64,000 nucleotides of DNA from an uncultured Thermoplasmata archaeon (GCA_963842165.1 CAWJFK010000005.1:198070-262069); one strand, 5' to 3'. Shown: positions 10,627 through 22,112, numbered from the stretch's first letter. Notes: a model not told the origin generated them from the letters alone. Numbers and translations are program-made.

Positions 10627-11184
10627 ATGGCAGCTCCAGAAGAATCGGAGTCGGAGAGCTATCCCGATACCACGATTCGGAGAGTCAATTGGTCGGAGGA
10701 CCTCGAAACCGTCCGCCGCCTGTTCCAAGATTACCGGCAGTGGATCGCGGACCACGCAGAGAGTGCTCTCCCAAGCGATTCGATCCCCCCTCCCGGGCTC
10801 GCTCGCATCGACAAGGAGATCGCCGGGCTCCCCGGAGTTTACGGCCCACCCCGTGGAGATTTCGTTCTCGCATTCAAGCACGAGGCACTCGTGGCATGTG
10901 GGGCTCTCCGAGAACTCGAACCGCGCATCGGGGAGATCAAGCGGATCTACGTCCGGGCCGACCATCGAGGGCCGGGGTTCGGGCCGCGACTCACCCGGGC
11001 GCTTCTCGACCGAGCTCGCGAACTCGGGTTCGAGCGCGTGCGCGTGGACACGCTTCCAACCATGATTGCAGCGATCGAATTCTATCAAGCGATGGGTTTC
11101 AAGCCCATCCCAGCGTACTGGCCGCATCCAGTTCCCGGGGCCCTCTTCTTCGAGTACCAGGTATCTCAGCTTCCTGAGCCGTGA
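10627..11184 (+). CDS. GNAT family N-acetyltransferase
   Basis: GEIKRIYVRADHRGPGFGPRLTRALLDRARELGFERVRVDT...AIEFYQAMGFKPI (acetyl-CoA binding R/Q-x-x-G-x-G/A motif). Confidence 0.85.
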   Translation: MAAPEESESESYPDTTIRRVNWSEDLETVRRLFQDYRQWIADHAESALPSDSIPPPGLARIDKEIAGLPGVYGPPRGDFVLAFKHEALVACGALRELEPRIGEIKRIYVRADHRGPGFGPRLTRALLDRARELGFERVRVDTLPTMIAAIEFYQAMGFKPIPAYWPHPVPGALFFEYQVSQLPEP

Positions 11185-11264
11185 CTTCCCCGGACGAAAG
11201 GCTGCTCGCCCGATTCCCGAGCGGGGCTATGAGGTGACCTACGGTAGGGGTTGGCACTTCAGCC

Positions 11265-12266
11265 ATGGATCAGAGAACGTACTCGCTCCGGCCATTCGCC
11301 GACCCGGATTACCAGGAGGTGGCACGGATCAACGCGATCGCAGTACCGGAGTTCCCCGAAACCGCCGAGGACGCCCGACATTGGAGTGAACTCATCGCTC
11401 GCGAGCCGGGCCGACTGATGAGAAAGCTCATCGTCGAGGAGGTCGGGTCTGGGACCGTAGTCGCGTGGGGGGGCATCACGCACACGCTCTTCAATTTCCA
11501 CCCCCACAAGTACTTCGTTCGCGCGGTCGTTCACCCCTCGCATCGTGGGCGGGGGATCGGCCAGGAGCTCTACAATCGACTCGAGCAGGAGGCGGTGGCC
11601 CGAGGGGCTTTCTGCCTCTGGGGCAGCGTTCGGGAGGACGAGCCCTTCAGCCTCCGTTTTCTCCAACGTCAAGGCTTCGTTTCCCTGCGGAAGACTTGGA
11701 CGTCGCGCCTGAGCCTCGGCGAGTTGGAGCTCTCCAACCTTCCCGACCACTCGAACACCCTATCGTCCCTCGGGATTCGAATCACGACCCTAGCCGCCGA
11801 GGGAGCGGACCGACTCGAGACTCGCCAACGACTTTACGAATTGAGCCGGATCACTTCCGAGGACGCACCCCGGATGGGAGAGTATGAACCCGTCTCGTTC
11901 GAGGATTTCGTCGATATCGACGTCCAGCGCCCCACCGTCCTGCCGGATGCGATCTTCTTGGCCATTTCTGGGGAGAGATTCGTCGGCTGGACCACGCTTC
12001 AACGGTTGCGCGGGCTGCCGGACTCCCTCGACATCGGATTCACGGGAACGCTTCCCGAGTTTCGAGGTCACGGGATCGCATCTGAACTCAAGCGACGCGC
12101 TGTTGAGTACGCACGAGACCACGGATACCGATACATTCTCACCGGGAACGATTCGCTCAATCCGAGGATCTGGGCCATCAATGAGAAGCTGGGGTTCCGC
12201 CGGCTGATCGTGTTCGTTCAAGGCGAGAAGGACCTACGGCCGGCAGCGTCCCCCACGGCCGCCTAG
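11265..12266 (+). CDS. Tandem-domain GNAT acetyltransferase
   Basis: Two GNAT cores: VVHPSHRGRGIGQELYNRLEQEA and GTLPEFRGHGIASELKRRAVEYARDHGY...INEKLGFRR. Confidence 0.8.
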   Translation: MDQRTYSLRPFADPDYQEVARINAIAVPEFPETAEDARHWSELIAREPGRLMRKLIVEEVGSGTVVAWGGITHTLFNFHPHKYFVRAVVHPSHRGRGIGQELYNRLEQEAVARGAFCLWGSVREDEPFSLRFLQRQGFVSLRKTWTSRLSLGELELSNLPDHSNTLSSLGIRITTLAAEGADRLETRQRLYELSRITSEDAPRMGEYEPVSFEDFVDIDVQRPTVLPDAIFLAISGERFVGWTTLQRLRGLPDSLDIGFTGTLPEFRGHGIASELKRRAVEYARDHGYRYILTGNDSLNPRIWAINEKLGFRRLIVFVQGEKDLRPAASPTAA

Positions 12267-12517
12267 TGCTGGCCGGGCACTCGCTGGTCCGAGGGGGTGG
12301 CGGACTCTCCCCCGACCCCCGGGTCAATCGGTTGAGATTCCTCGACCAAGCCACTGGAGTGTTCTGTTTCGATGGATCTTCCGGATCCGTGTAACGTGCG
12401 TTGCGCTCACTGCGGACACGTCTAAGGAAGAAAGTGGGATAGACCCGGCCTCACGCTCCGATGGATTCCCGCTTCCGACCGACACACGGCTAATCTACTC
12501 CGACCCGATGTGAGGGC

Positions 12518-14512
12518 GTGGCCTCGGACCGTCAGCTCGCCGCCATCATGTTCACGGACCTGGCAGGGTTTACTCAGCTCACCCAAGCGAACGAGCCCCT
12601 AGGGATTCGGCTGATTGAGGAACAGGAGGCGCTGATCCGGCCGATTGTCGAAGCCCATCACGGCCGCCACGTCAAATCCATCGGGGACGGACTGCTCATC
12701 GAGCTACCAAATGCCCTGGACGCGGTCGAATGCGCAGTGGAGATCCAACGCCAGGTTCACGAGCGGAACACGGAGCATGAGGCCCAACCATTGCGGGTGA
12801 GAATCGGTCTGCACCTGGGGGACGTCCAGCGTCGGGGCGCGGATATCGTCGGCGACGCCGTAAACGTCGCGTCGCGAATCGAACCTTTAGCGCAACCCGG
12901 CGGCATCTGCCTGTCCGAGCAAGTGTACGCCCAGGTGCGAAACAAGATTCCGTTTCAACTTGAGAGACTCGGCTCGAGAACTCTCAAGGGGGTCCGCGAC
13001 CCGGTGGAGATCTACCAGGTCGTGCTGCCGTGGATGGCGGGCACGGTGACCTCAGGGACCATGCCCCCTACTCGACTTGCCGTTCTACCGCTCTCGAACA
13101 TCAGTCCCGATCCGAACGACGAGTACTTCGCGGATGGCCTCACCGAGGAGCTGATCTCGGTCCTGTCGCGCATTCGGGGTCTGAGAGTGATCGCCCGAAC
13201 CTCGGTGACCCAGTACAAGTCCAGCCCCAAAACGGTCCGTCAGATCAGTTCGGAACTGGCCGTCGGAGCGGTCTTGGAGGGCAGCGTCCGAAGGGCCGGG
13301 ACTCACCTGAGGATTACGCTGCAACTGATCGACGGGGCGACCGAGGAGCACCGATGGGCGGAGACCTACAACCGGGAGCTGCGGGACGTCTTCGAGATTC
13401 AGGCAGAAGTGGCCGAGCGCACAGCCGAAGCGCTGCGCCTCGAACTCCTTGGGACGGAACGCGAAGCTCTCCATCGAGCCCCGACACGAGACATCGAGGC
13501 GTACGAGCTGTACCTGAAGGGGATCGCCGCGTTCCAGCGAACCGCGGACGAGGGCTGGAACCGACGGGGCGTGGACGAAGCCACCCGCTATTTCGAGGCG
13601 GCGATCTCCAAGGACCCGGGCTCGTCGGCTGCGCACTCCAGCCTGGCGAATCTCCTCATCGCGGCGATGGGGGAAGTTTGCTCCCGCACGGAGGTGGAAT
13701 CTCGGGTGCGAGAGCTCGTCGACAAGGGTCTCGCGCTGGGGCCCGATTCCGCTGATGCGCACACGGCGCGCGGGAACTTTGCCCTCCAATTCGAGTCCGA
13801 TTGGGATCGGTCAGAGGCGGAGTTCCTGAAGGCGATATCGTTGAACCCAAGCAACTCAGCGGCCCATGGCTGGTACGGGATTCTCCTTCGGACGCTGGGC
13901 CGATACGACGAGGCGCTCCGGCAGTTCAGACTCGGGGCCGAGGTCGACCCACTGTTCCGACAATTGACGTACTGGCAGATTCGGGTCTTCGAGAGCGCAG
14001 GGGAGCCGAAGCGAGCGCTCGCTGTCGCGACGGAGGCGTTGGCCCGGGACCCTGGCAACCGTTTGCTCCACGCACAGATGGGGATGGCGCTCCTTGCACT
14101 GGGCCGCTCCCAGGAGGCCCGACAACACGCCGACATGGCGGCGGGACCCGTCCGCGACGCCGGCACGGCGGTCGTCCGGGCCGAATTCCTCGCGGCGCTG
14201 GGTGACTCGAGCGAGGCGCTGCGCCTCGTGAAAGATTGGGAGAGAGACCCCGAGCAGTTCTACATCCGAAGGAATTTCATCGCCGCCCTTCTCCTGACCG
14301 TAGGGGAGAAGGAACGGGCCCTGGACCTCCTCGAGAAGGACGCGCGAGAGGGGGAACGGAGTTTGTGGATCGATTTCCGTCGGCCCGTGTTTAACTCGAT
14401 TCGTGATGAACCCCGGTTCGTTTCTCTTCTGAAAGAAATGAGATTGCCGACGGTCGCCCCTGCGCCGATGCGGAGCCTGACCACTAGTGGCAATATCGCC
14501 CGCAATCCCTAA
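12518..14512 (+). CDS. Class III adenylate cyclase domain / TolB-N-like domain / TPR repeat protein (paralog 1)
   Basis: GTG start. Cyclase motifs are IMFTDLAGFT, KSIGDGLLIEL, GLHLGDV and DIVGDAVNVASRIE, so the metal Asp pair, Lys/Asp specificity pair and Asn/Arg are all present. This is followed by LAVLPLSNISPDPNDEYFADGLTEELI and then TPR-like helices. Confidence 0.85.
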   Translation: MASDRQLAAIMFTDLAGFTQLTQANEPLGIRLIEEQEALIRPIVEAHHGRHVKSIGDGLLIELPNALDAVECAVEIQRQVHERNTEHEAQPLRVRIGLHLGDVQRRGADIVGDAVNVASRIEPLAQPGGICLSEQVYAQVRNKIPFQLERLGSRTLKGVRDPVEIYQVVLPWMAGTVTSGTMPPTRLAVLPLSNISPDPNDEYFADGLTEELISVLSRIRGLRVIARTSVTQYKSSPKTVRQISSELAVGAVLEGSVRRAGTHLRITLQLIDGATEEHRWAETYNRELRDVFEIQAEVAERTAEALRLELLGTEREALHRAPTRDIEAYELYLKGIAAFQRTADEGWNRRGVDEATRYFEAAISKDPGSSAAHSSLANLLIAAMGEVCSRTEVESRVRELVDKGLALGPDSADAHTARGNFALQFESDWDRSEAEFLKAISLNPSNSAAHGWYGILLRTLGRYDEALRQFRLGAEVDPLFRQLTYWQIRVFESAGEPKRALAVATEALARDPGNRLLHAQMGMALLALGRSQEARQHADMAAGPVRDAGTAVVRAEFLAALGDSSEALRLVKDWERDPEQFYIRRNFIAALLLTVGEKERALDLLEKDAREGERSLWIDFRRPVFNSIRDEPRFVSLLKEMRLPTVAPAPMRSLTTSGNIARNP

Positions 14513-14562
14513 GGTCCGAACTAACGGGCCAGAACCCCTCGAGTGAATTCTGGCAGGCCGCT

Positions 14563-14585
14563 GGTCGAAGGGTGACTTGCACCCA
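14563..14585 (+). repeat. Intergenic TGCA-box motif copy
   Basis: GGTCGAAGGGTGACTTGCACCCA, 51 nt after the stop of 12518-14512 and 126 nt before ATG 14711. Confidence 0.7.
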
Positions 14586-14710
14586 GCCCGGTTTGACGAC
14601 CTCGTCTGATAGAAACCGCGAGTCCTCGGGGCGGGTACTGCGCCGTTCGGCGGCTACATATTGGAGGACTCGTTACGCGCGCCCGAGGTCGAACCTCCCG
14701 AGAGGAATAC

Positions 14711-15868
14711 ATGGGCACGACGCACGAGACGGAACGGCATTCGAAGTGGTTCACAGGGCGGTCCGGAGCGGCGGCGGCGACCGTCGTGCTTGGGACGTTC
14801 CTTCTTTCGACGCTACTTGGCTCCATGTTGTTTGGTGGGCTGGCAGCGTCTTCATCGGTCGAACGCACGCTCACCCCAATCTCCGGCGGGAGTGGGGCCG
14901 ACGGCTCCGATGCACTGGCCCTCGCCGAGCAATCTCTCCAGGCTGGAGCGGGTTCTTCCTTCCCCCTGCCCGCCTACTTGCCCACGACCCGCGCCGACGC
15001 CATCATGACCTATGACGCGAAAGATGGGTACATCGTCCTCTTTGGGGGGGTCAACAAGTCCGCCGCTCTCCTCAGCGACACTTCGACGTTCGTGGGGGGA
15101 ACTTGGACCAAACTGAGTCCCGCGACCCATCCCTCGGCCCGATTCAACTTCGCGATGAGTTACGACAACAAGGATCATTACGTCGTCCTTTTCGGTGGAG
15201 CGGTGCAATCCGGAGTGTCCAATGACACCTGGAAGTTCGTGGGGGGGAAGTGGACCAAGCTCACTATGGCGCAGTCTCCGCCGGCCCGGTACGACGCCAC
15301 CATGACGTACGACTCGGCGGACGGGTACCTCGTTCTGTTCGGAGGCTACGGGTACTCGGGAGTTCTGAACGACACCTGGACGTTCGTGGGAGGGGTTTGG
15401 ACCAATGTGACCACCTCCCACCATCCGCCCGCCTCCTTCGGGGCGGTCATGAAGTACGACCCCGCGGACGGATACGTGGTGATGTTCGGTGGAAGGGGGA
15501 TTTTCGGCGCGTTCGATTACCTGGGCGGAACTTGGAAGTTTGTGGGTGGGAAGTGGACCAAGCTTTCGCCCGCAACTCACCCGAGCGCGCGGTTCTTCTC
15601 CACCATGGCATACGACCCCAAGGACGGGTACATCGTGCTGTTCGGCGGGTTCAAGGCGTCGGGTGTCCTCGGCGACACCTGGACTTTCTCGGGCGGTGCT
15701 TGGACCAAGCTGACGACCTCCCCAAGTCCCTCCGGTCGGGATTCGGCGAGCATGGCGTACGATGCGAAGGACGGGTATGTCGTCCTCTTCGGAGGCTACG
15801 GAAGCTCGTCGTCCCCGTTGAGCGGAACGTGGACGTACGTCGGGGGAAGCTGGACCAAGCTCCCGTAA
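14711..15868 (+). CDS. Membrane-anchored Kelch-repeat beta-propeller protein
   Basis: N-terminal TM segment AAATVVLGTFLLSTLLGSMLFGGL, then six to seven units of the form M(T/S/A)YDxxDGY(I/V)VLFGG...DTW(T/K)F(V/S)GG.WTKL. Confidence 0.85.
   Translation: MGTTHETERHSKWFTGRSGAAAATVVLGTFLLSTLLGSMLFGGLAASSSVERTLTPISGGSGADGSDALALAEQSLQAGAGSSFPLPAYLPTTRADAIMTYDAKDGYIVLFGGVNKSAALLSDTSTFVGGTWTKLSPATHPSARFNFAMSYDNKDHYVVLFGGAVQSGVSNDTWKFVGGKWTKLTMAQSPPARYDATMTYDSADGYLVLFGGYGYSGVLNDTWTFVGGVWTNVTTSHHPPASFGAVMKYDPADGYVVMFGGRGIFGAFDYLGGTWKFVGGKWTKLSPATHPSARFFSTMAYDPKDGYIVLFGGFKASGVLGDTWTFSGGAWTKLTTSPSPSGRDSASMAYDAKDGYVVLFGGYGSSSSPLSGTWTYVGGSWTKLP
14990..15865 (+). repeat. Internal tandem Kelch repeat units (about 150 nt period)
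   Basis: The peptide WTKLSPATHPSARF occurs twice identically, in the unit before MSYDNKDHY and in the unit before MAYDPKDGY. MTYDAKDGYIVLFGG, MAYDPKDGYIVLFGG and MAYDAKDGYVVLFGG are near-identical. Confidence 0.7.
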
Positions 15869-15968
15869 GGTAGGTCCGACCTCCCCCCTTCGGAGCCGCG
15901 TCGGTCGGATCGTTAGTCTAGCGTTCTCGTCGAACCTAGCTCTACCCTAGGCTCGCTTCAAAGGGAAG

Positions 15969-17012
<1,044 letters not shown>

Positions 17013-17178
17013 CTAAGGCCCTACGAGTGCCGACGCTCGGCATTGCCGGTCAGAAGAACGACTGGGAGTTCGGCCGATTCACACCGCCTAACCATGGGGG
17101 CGAGCGCGACGGCACACGTACCGCGCAAGGGAATGGGGGCGTGGCGGGTTGCCCCCGGCACGGATCACCGAGGGCAGA

Positions 17179-17950
17179 CTAGGGATCTCGCCATCGGGCA
17201 AAGTGCATCGCGATCCCGATGAAAAGGACCGTTAGCAGTACGAGCCCGACGAGCTGGCCTAGGGCCGAGGAGAGGAACGGAGCCCCGGGAACCGGTGTAA
17301 CGGGAAGGCCCGCCGCACTTACCGCGAGCTGGCTGGCGAACGTCGAGGGCGCCAGGTAAGCCACCCAGCGGAAGGGCGCCGGGACCGCTTCCAGAGTGTA
17401 GAAGACGGGAGGCAGTACCGACAAGCTCGTGAACACGACCATTCCGATGGGCCAAATCTCGCGAAGGGTCCGGAAGAATGTCGAGAGCAGAAACCCCAAG
17501 CTCGTGGCCAAGAGCCAGGTGAGGAGAATCACACCGATCAGGGCGAGAAACGTGGACACACTAACCGAGACGACCAGGGTAAGAACGACCAGAAACAGCA
17601 CCAGCGCCGGAATCGTGAAGGTCAGCTCGCTCAGCGCCATGCCGAGCACCCAAGAGATCGGACGCAGCGGGCTCGTGATGAACACCTGCTGCATCTGGCG
17701 CTCGAGCCGCAGGTAGGCGCAGTCGTTCATCATCCCGCTTCCGGTGAAGAGGCACGAGAAGAGCACGCCACCGACCACTCCGAAGGGCAGCTCGGCCCGC
17801 GGAGCGACGAACGTACAGGAAGAAGAGGAAGCTCACCGGCGTCAGGAAGAGCGCAACAAAGACCAACGGACTGCGGACCAGTCCGAGGAAGCCGTTGAAC
17901 CAACAGATTCGAAGGACCGCGTTGGCCTGGGTCCTCCACGTCATGCCCAT
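17179..17950 (-). CDS. ABC-2 type transporter permease, frameshift near 17815
   Basis: The N-terminal frame reads MGMTWRTQANAVLRICWF...FLFFLY. A third frame reads TFVAPRAELPFGVVGGVLFSCLF... and joins ORF 17179-17778, which has multiple TM helices. It overlaps the upstream ATPase gene by 10 nt. Confidence 0.7.
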
Positions 17951-18876
17951 GCACCCCCCGGTTCGTCCTCTTCGATGCTGCGCCCGACCAGGGTGAGGAA
18001 GGCCTCTTCGAGCGTGACGGGCCCGATGCTCACCCCAATCCCGCGCCCGAGGGCGAGGTGCGTAAGCTCCTCGCCTCGGGCTCGCGTGGTCATTACGGTC
18101 AGCCCGCCCTTCTCGGCATATACCTCGCCGTACGGTTCAAGTTCCTTCGCGGTGAACCCGCTCCCGAAATGCAAGCGAACTTCGCGTCGAACTTTGGCCT
18201 TCAGGTCCTCCGCGGCGCCCTTGTAGAGGATGCGCCCGCCCTCAATCACGGCGAGCTCTTCGGAGAGCTGTTCTGCCTCGTCGAGATAGTGGGTGGTCAG
18301 CAGAATCGTTGACCCCTTGCGGGCCGCACGGCGTATGACCTCCCAGACTTGACGCCGGGCAAACGGGTCCATCCCGAGGGTCGGTTCATCCAGGAAGAGG
18401 AACTCGGCTCCCGTGGCCAGCACCATCGCCACGAGGGTCCTCTGCTGCAAGCCCCCCGAGAGCAGCATCGCCGGGATGTGCGCGTAGGTCTCGAGACCCA
18501 TGTCGTGCAGGAGTTCGTCCGCCGTACTCTTGGCAGATTCCGCCGAGGAACCGCGCACCCGGAGGTACTCTTGGATGTGCTCCCGGGGAGTCAGGTGATA
18601 GAACGGCTTCCCTTCCTGGGGGATGATCGCGATCCGCTCACGCACTTCACGCGGACGCGTGATCACATCGATCCCGAACAGTTCGATGGTGCCCGACGTC
18701 GGGAGGAGAAGTCCCGAGGCGATCTTGATGAACGTGGTCTTCCCGGCCCCGTTGCGGCCGAGGAAGCCGAAGAGCTGCCCCTTCCGTATGGTCAGGCTCA
18801 CGTTGTCGAGAGCCCGGGCCGTGCCGTGCCGAGAATGGTAGACCTTCGACAGCGAGCGCGAGACGAGGGCGTCCAT
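17941..18876 (-). CDS. ABC transporter ATP-binding protein
   Basis: Walker A GRNGAGKTT, signature LSGGLQQR, Walker B FLFLDEPTLGMD. Start taken at ATG 18876 (MDALVSR...). The ORF is open up to 18927. Confidence 0.9.
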   Translation of the reverse strand: MDALVSRSLSKVYHSRHGTARALDNVSLTIRKGQLFGFLGRNGAGKTTFIKIASGLLLPTSGTIELFGIDVITRPREVRERIAIIPQEGKPFYHLTPREHIQEYLRVRGSSAESAKSTADELLHDMGLETYAHIPAMLLSGGLQQRTLVAMVLATGAEFLFLDEPTLGMDPFARRQVWEVIRRAARKGSTILLTTHYLDEAEQLSEELAVIEGGRILYKGAAEDLKAKVRREVRLHFGSGFTAKELEPYGEVYAEKGGLTVMTTRARGEELTHLALGRGIGVSIGPVTLEEAFLTLVGRSIEEDEPGGAWA

Positions 18877-18946
18877 GGAGCGTCCTCGATGGCTAGGGTA
18901 GGATAACCTCATCGCGAGAGAAGACACCCATCCCGGCTTACCCCGC

Positions 18947-18970
18947 TGGTTGCAACCTCGATTGCACCCA
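18947..18970 (+). repeat. Intergenic TGCA-box motif copy (near-palindromic)
   Basis: TGGTTGCAA-CCTCGA-TTGCACCCA, in the divergent spacer between the ABC ATPase and SRPBCC genes. Confidence 0.8.
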
Positions 18971-19146
18971 TCGATGTTGGAGGAGACGCCCCCTCTCCGT
19001 CATGGCATAGGGTCGAGATCGACCTGGACGCCCTCGATACGATCACAGGGGTCTGTCACAATCCTTTTCGCCCGGCCCCCATAGCCTCAGCCGAACGGAA
19101 GGGGGATGGTCGTATTCCGAAACGGTGGCCCGGTCCAACCTACGTA

Positions 19147-19590
19147 GTGCACGCGACATTCCGTGCCCCTCTGGAGTTTGTCTTCCGGTGGTGCACGGAT
19201 TACACCCCACAAGACGCGCGATACGAGGAGGACGAATACGAACGCAAGATCCTTCGACGGTCGCCTCGCGAAGTGGTGTATGAGGATCTCTCGGAGGACA
19301 AGGACGGCTGGTTTTGGTCTCGCCACGTGGTTCGGCTGCAACCGCCCCGCCGGTGGCACTCCGACACGGTGGGAAGTCACCGCGCCATGTCCTTGGATTA
19401 CACCCTGTCGAGACTCCCCGGGAACCGTACCCGATTGACGTTGAAGGCACGCCGCCGCCCCTACGGCGTCGGCGGCAAGAATCCGCCGAGATCGCGGTGG
19501 GAGCCCCCCGTAGCGAAGAGCTGGCGGAGTTTTGCTCGGGTCCTTGAAAGGGACTACAAGCGGACGATCTCCAAGAAGGGGCGTAAGTAG
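19147..19590 (+). CDS. SRPBCC (START/polyketide cyclase-like) family protein
   Basis: FRAPLEFVFRWCTDYTPQD... parallels the paralog at 21630-22112 (PRDYAYRWATDYRSND). The start codon (GTG) is uncertain. Confidence 0.5.
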   Translation: MHATFRAPLEFVFRWCTDYTPQDARYEEDEYERKILRRSPREVVYEDLSEDKDGWFWSRHVVRLQPPRRWHSDTVGSHRAMSLDYTLSRLPGNRTRLTLKARRRPYGVGGKNPPRSRWEPPVAKSWRSFARVLERDYKRTISKKGRK

Positions 19591-19728
19591 GATCGTCCCG
19601 GCTTGGGTGCGGCCGTCAGCAGACGTAGGTTGCGTTTCCGGCGACCCTCCAGGGGGTGCTCAGCGGCTTGCTGGTGAGGCCGGAGGGGGAAAGGGTTGGG
19701 CTTGAGCTGAAGAGTCTCCGAGCTCACT

Positions 19729-20049
19729 CTACGGGTAGTACGTGGGCATGTCGCCGGCCATCTTCAGCAGCTCGGGGATGGGTGTCACGAGGTGGAGATT
19801 GCAATCCAGGTACGAGCCCATGCCCGATTGCAGCAGGTAGTCTCGAACCACCTCGGCACTGGGGGCCTCGAACAGCATGAGTGCCATGTGGTTCGGATCG
19901 AGGTGCAGATCAAGCACTACCTTCATGTGTTTCGCTTTGAGCATCTGCTCCGCTCCGCCGTAGGCCTTCATCGCTATCTCGCGCGCGGCCTTACTGGTCA
20001 TCGGGCATCCATTCGCTTCGTGGCGTCCAATTACGGCGTACTGTGGCAT
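19729..20049 (-). CDS. Hypothetical protein (about 106 aa)
   Basis: ATG at 20049 (MPQYAVIGRHEANGCP...). The sequence looks compositionally like a real protein. The upstream part of the 155-aa ORF looks non-coding. Confidence 0.4.
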   Translation of the reverse strand: MPQYAVIGRHEANGCPMTSKAAREIAMKAYGGAEQMLKAKHMKVVLDLHLDPNHMALMLFEAPSAEVVRDYLLQSGMGSYLDCNLHLVTPIPELLKMAGDMPTYYP

Positions 20050-20260
20050 GAGGCGGCCGAGCGCGATCAGAGATAAATTGTTCGCATGTGCTCGATCGGC
20101 GCACCCTTGTTTCCCTTCCGAACAATCTTCGTGGGCATCAACGCCGGCGTTGGAGGCCCGTTCACTCGAATGGACCAACCCGAGCCCGAGAATCATCAGG
20201 CTTAGTGTGAAGCTCCATCCTCTGGGTCCGCTATCGCCCGTACCTCTGCCCTCCTAAGGT

Positions 20261-20308
20261 GAGTGCAAAGTGGGTTGCACCCAGCCTCCCAACGATGCAA
20301 AGGGAACC
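20261..20308 (+). repeat. TGCA-box motif, long three-box form
   Basis: GAGTGCAAAGTGGGTTGCACCCA, then 12 nt, then ATGCAAAGGGAACC. Confidence 0.75.
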
Positions 20309-20650
20309 ATTTCAAGAGATTCACAAGACGGAGAATTCCGCGGAATTGACGGGTTGCGGCAGCTGATTTTCGCTTGCGACCGATCCACCTGTGGAACTCT
20401 TTCACGTGCCTTCACGAGAGAACATCTCGTTGGGGAACGAGTAGGACTTGAACCCCCGGGGGGGTTCGACTAATCAGGGTGACGGGTCGCCCGACCGCTG
20501 TCCAGTTGGGACTTTGAACCGGTCAATAGCCCACTCCTAAGAGGGGTCCCACCCGTGGCGGTACCCGATCGCGGGCGCTGATCGCGGTCTGGTCATCGGT
20601 CGCTCGTGTCCTTCGTGAAGCCTACGTGGAGGCAGCCCACCGCTCAGACA

Positions 20651-21358
20651 TCAAGCCGCAGCGGCCTCAGTCTTTGCTGGTCTCGCTCTCGACAGACTGT
20701 AGACCTTCCATCCGAGCAGAAGAGGGAAGATGACGAAGGTAAGGAAGGCGGGAATGGCGAACGTTGCAGAAGTAACCGCAAAGAGGGCCACCCCGACGAG
20801 CCCAACTACCCCGATTGCCGCGCTCAGTCCGCCCAGCATCGTTCCTACCGCAGGGGCCCCGAACATGGCCACCGCGAGGAGTAGGAAACCGATTGACAGG
20901 AAGATGTACGCGCAGGTATCGAACTGATTGAACATACCCTGCGTTGCCTGCCACACCTGTACTGCCGCGGCCTGCTGAGCGGCGGTCGCGCCGGCCGCAT
21001 GATACTGGTCGGAGATCGGGGCCATGGCAACATTCGGCTCACTCTCGACCCCTAGCACTGCGATGCCGAGAAAGCTCACGACGGTCCCGAACATCGCCGG
21101 GGCGAGGCTCGACTTTCGGAGGGCAAAAAAGAGGGCTAGGAAGAGAGGCATCAACAAGACTGTGCCCACGAGGAAGAGCGTTTGCCCCACAATGATTTGC
21201 GTGCGGAGCCCAGGGAAGTTAATGACCGGTGTCGCTCCGGAAGCGGTAGTCGACGTTCCGATGAACACGACCTGATAGATGATACTCGCAACGAAGATGA
21301 CGGCAGCCACCAACCCCGCGATACCTCCCCATTGCAGGACGCTCTTCTCCTGGTCCAT
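20651..21358 (-). CDS. Integral membrane protein (possibly DUF4386-like; family uncertain)
   Basis: ATG at 21358 (MDQEKSVLQWGGIAGLVAAVIFV...). About six hydrophobic helices. Confidence 0.6.
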   Translation of the reverse strand: MDQEKSVLQWGGIAGLVAAVIFVASIIYQVVFIGTSTTASGATPVINFPGLRTQIIVGQTLFLVGTVLLMPLFLALFFALRKSSLAPAMFGTVVSFLGIAVLGVESEPNVAMAPISDQYHAAGATAAQQAAAVQVWQATQGMFNQFDTCAYIFLSIGFLLLAVAMFGAPAVGTMLGGLSAAIGVVGLVGVALFAVTSATFAIPAFLTFVIFPLLLGWKVYSLSRARPAKTEAAAA

Positions 21359-21603
21359 AAAATCCCAGAGCCAGGAATGGATTACTCCGATAAGCAAGTA
21401 CCTGTGAAGGCGATCGTGCGGACGCGCTGGCCACCGGAGGTTCTTCAGCTTGCAGAGGTTGCGAGACCTTTCAACTGGCCCGCTTTGAATACGGTAGGGC
21501 CTCGGGGAAAGACCCTCCAATTGGCAACAGACCGGGTTCCATAGGCCGGGAGTCCTTAGACCAGGGGTCGACTATCTTCGCGCCGATGCACCTTCGGAAT
21601 TGC

Positions 21604-21628
21604 TGGTGTGCAGGCTGCGTTGCACCCA
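21604..21628 (+). repeat. Intergenic TGCA-box motif copy
   Basis: TGGTGTGCAGGCTGCGTTGCACCCA, ending 2 nt from the stop codon of 21630-22112. Confidence 0.7.
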
Positions 21629-21629
21629 C

Positions 21630-22112
21630 TCACGAGCCGTCCTTCGCGAGTACGTCCGCAAATCGCCTCCAAAGCCGGGAGTCCTCCTGCTTCAACTCGC
21701 GTGTTCTGCGCCTCAAGGACGACGGAGTTGGAGAGCGGGCAGCCTGCTCAACCTGGGATCCGGTAAAGTGGAGCAAACTCGCACTAGTGCCGCGAGGTGA
21801 TAGGTGGTAGAGAAACTGCGAGAACCGGGCCGGCCCACTCAGGTGCGTGGACGTCCAGCTCCAACGATCAGGGAAGAGGTGCACCAGCTTCTTCTTCACG
21901 GTTCGGGCGCCCGGTCGGGAGTTGAAAGGATCCTCGGCGAACGAATCGGTAAGCAGGATTAGGTCCTCGGTCAACCGCTCGACATTCCGCGTCGCCTTGA
22001 GCCCTACACGACTCAGGTCGTTGGAGCGGTAGTCCGTGGCCCAGCGGTAGGCGTAATCCCTGGGGACTGGCGGCTGTGTCGTAAACCGATATGTCAGCCG
22101 TTGGAGGGGCAT
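21630..22112 (-). CDS. SRPBCC family protein (paralog of 19147-19590)
   Basis: MPLQRLTYRFTTQPPVPRDYAYRWATDYRSNDL... Confidence 0.5.
   Translation of the reverse strand: MPLQRLTYRFTTQPPVPRDYAYRWATDYRSNDLSRVGLKATRNVERLTEDLILLTDSFAEDPFNSRPGARTVKKKLVHLFPDRWSWTSTHLSGPARFSQFLYHLSPRGTSASLLHFTGSQVEQAARSPTPSSLRRRTRELKQEDSRLWRRFADVLAKDGS

Noticed and set aside
20424-20480. tRNA-like T-arm signature (GGACTTGAACC, the reverse complement of GGTTCAAGTCC) that suggests a minus-strand tRNA or an integration-site remnant.
   Set aside because: The flanking bases do not form a T-stem (GTAGG versus CCCCC). No complementary acceptor strand or anticodon arm could be found. CTCGTT-GGGG-AACGAG is just a small local hairpin.
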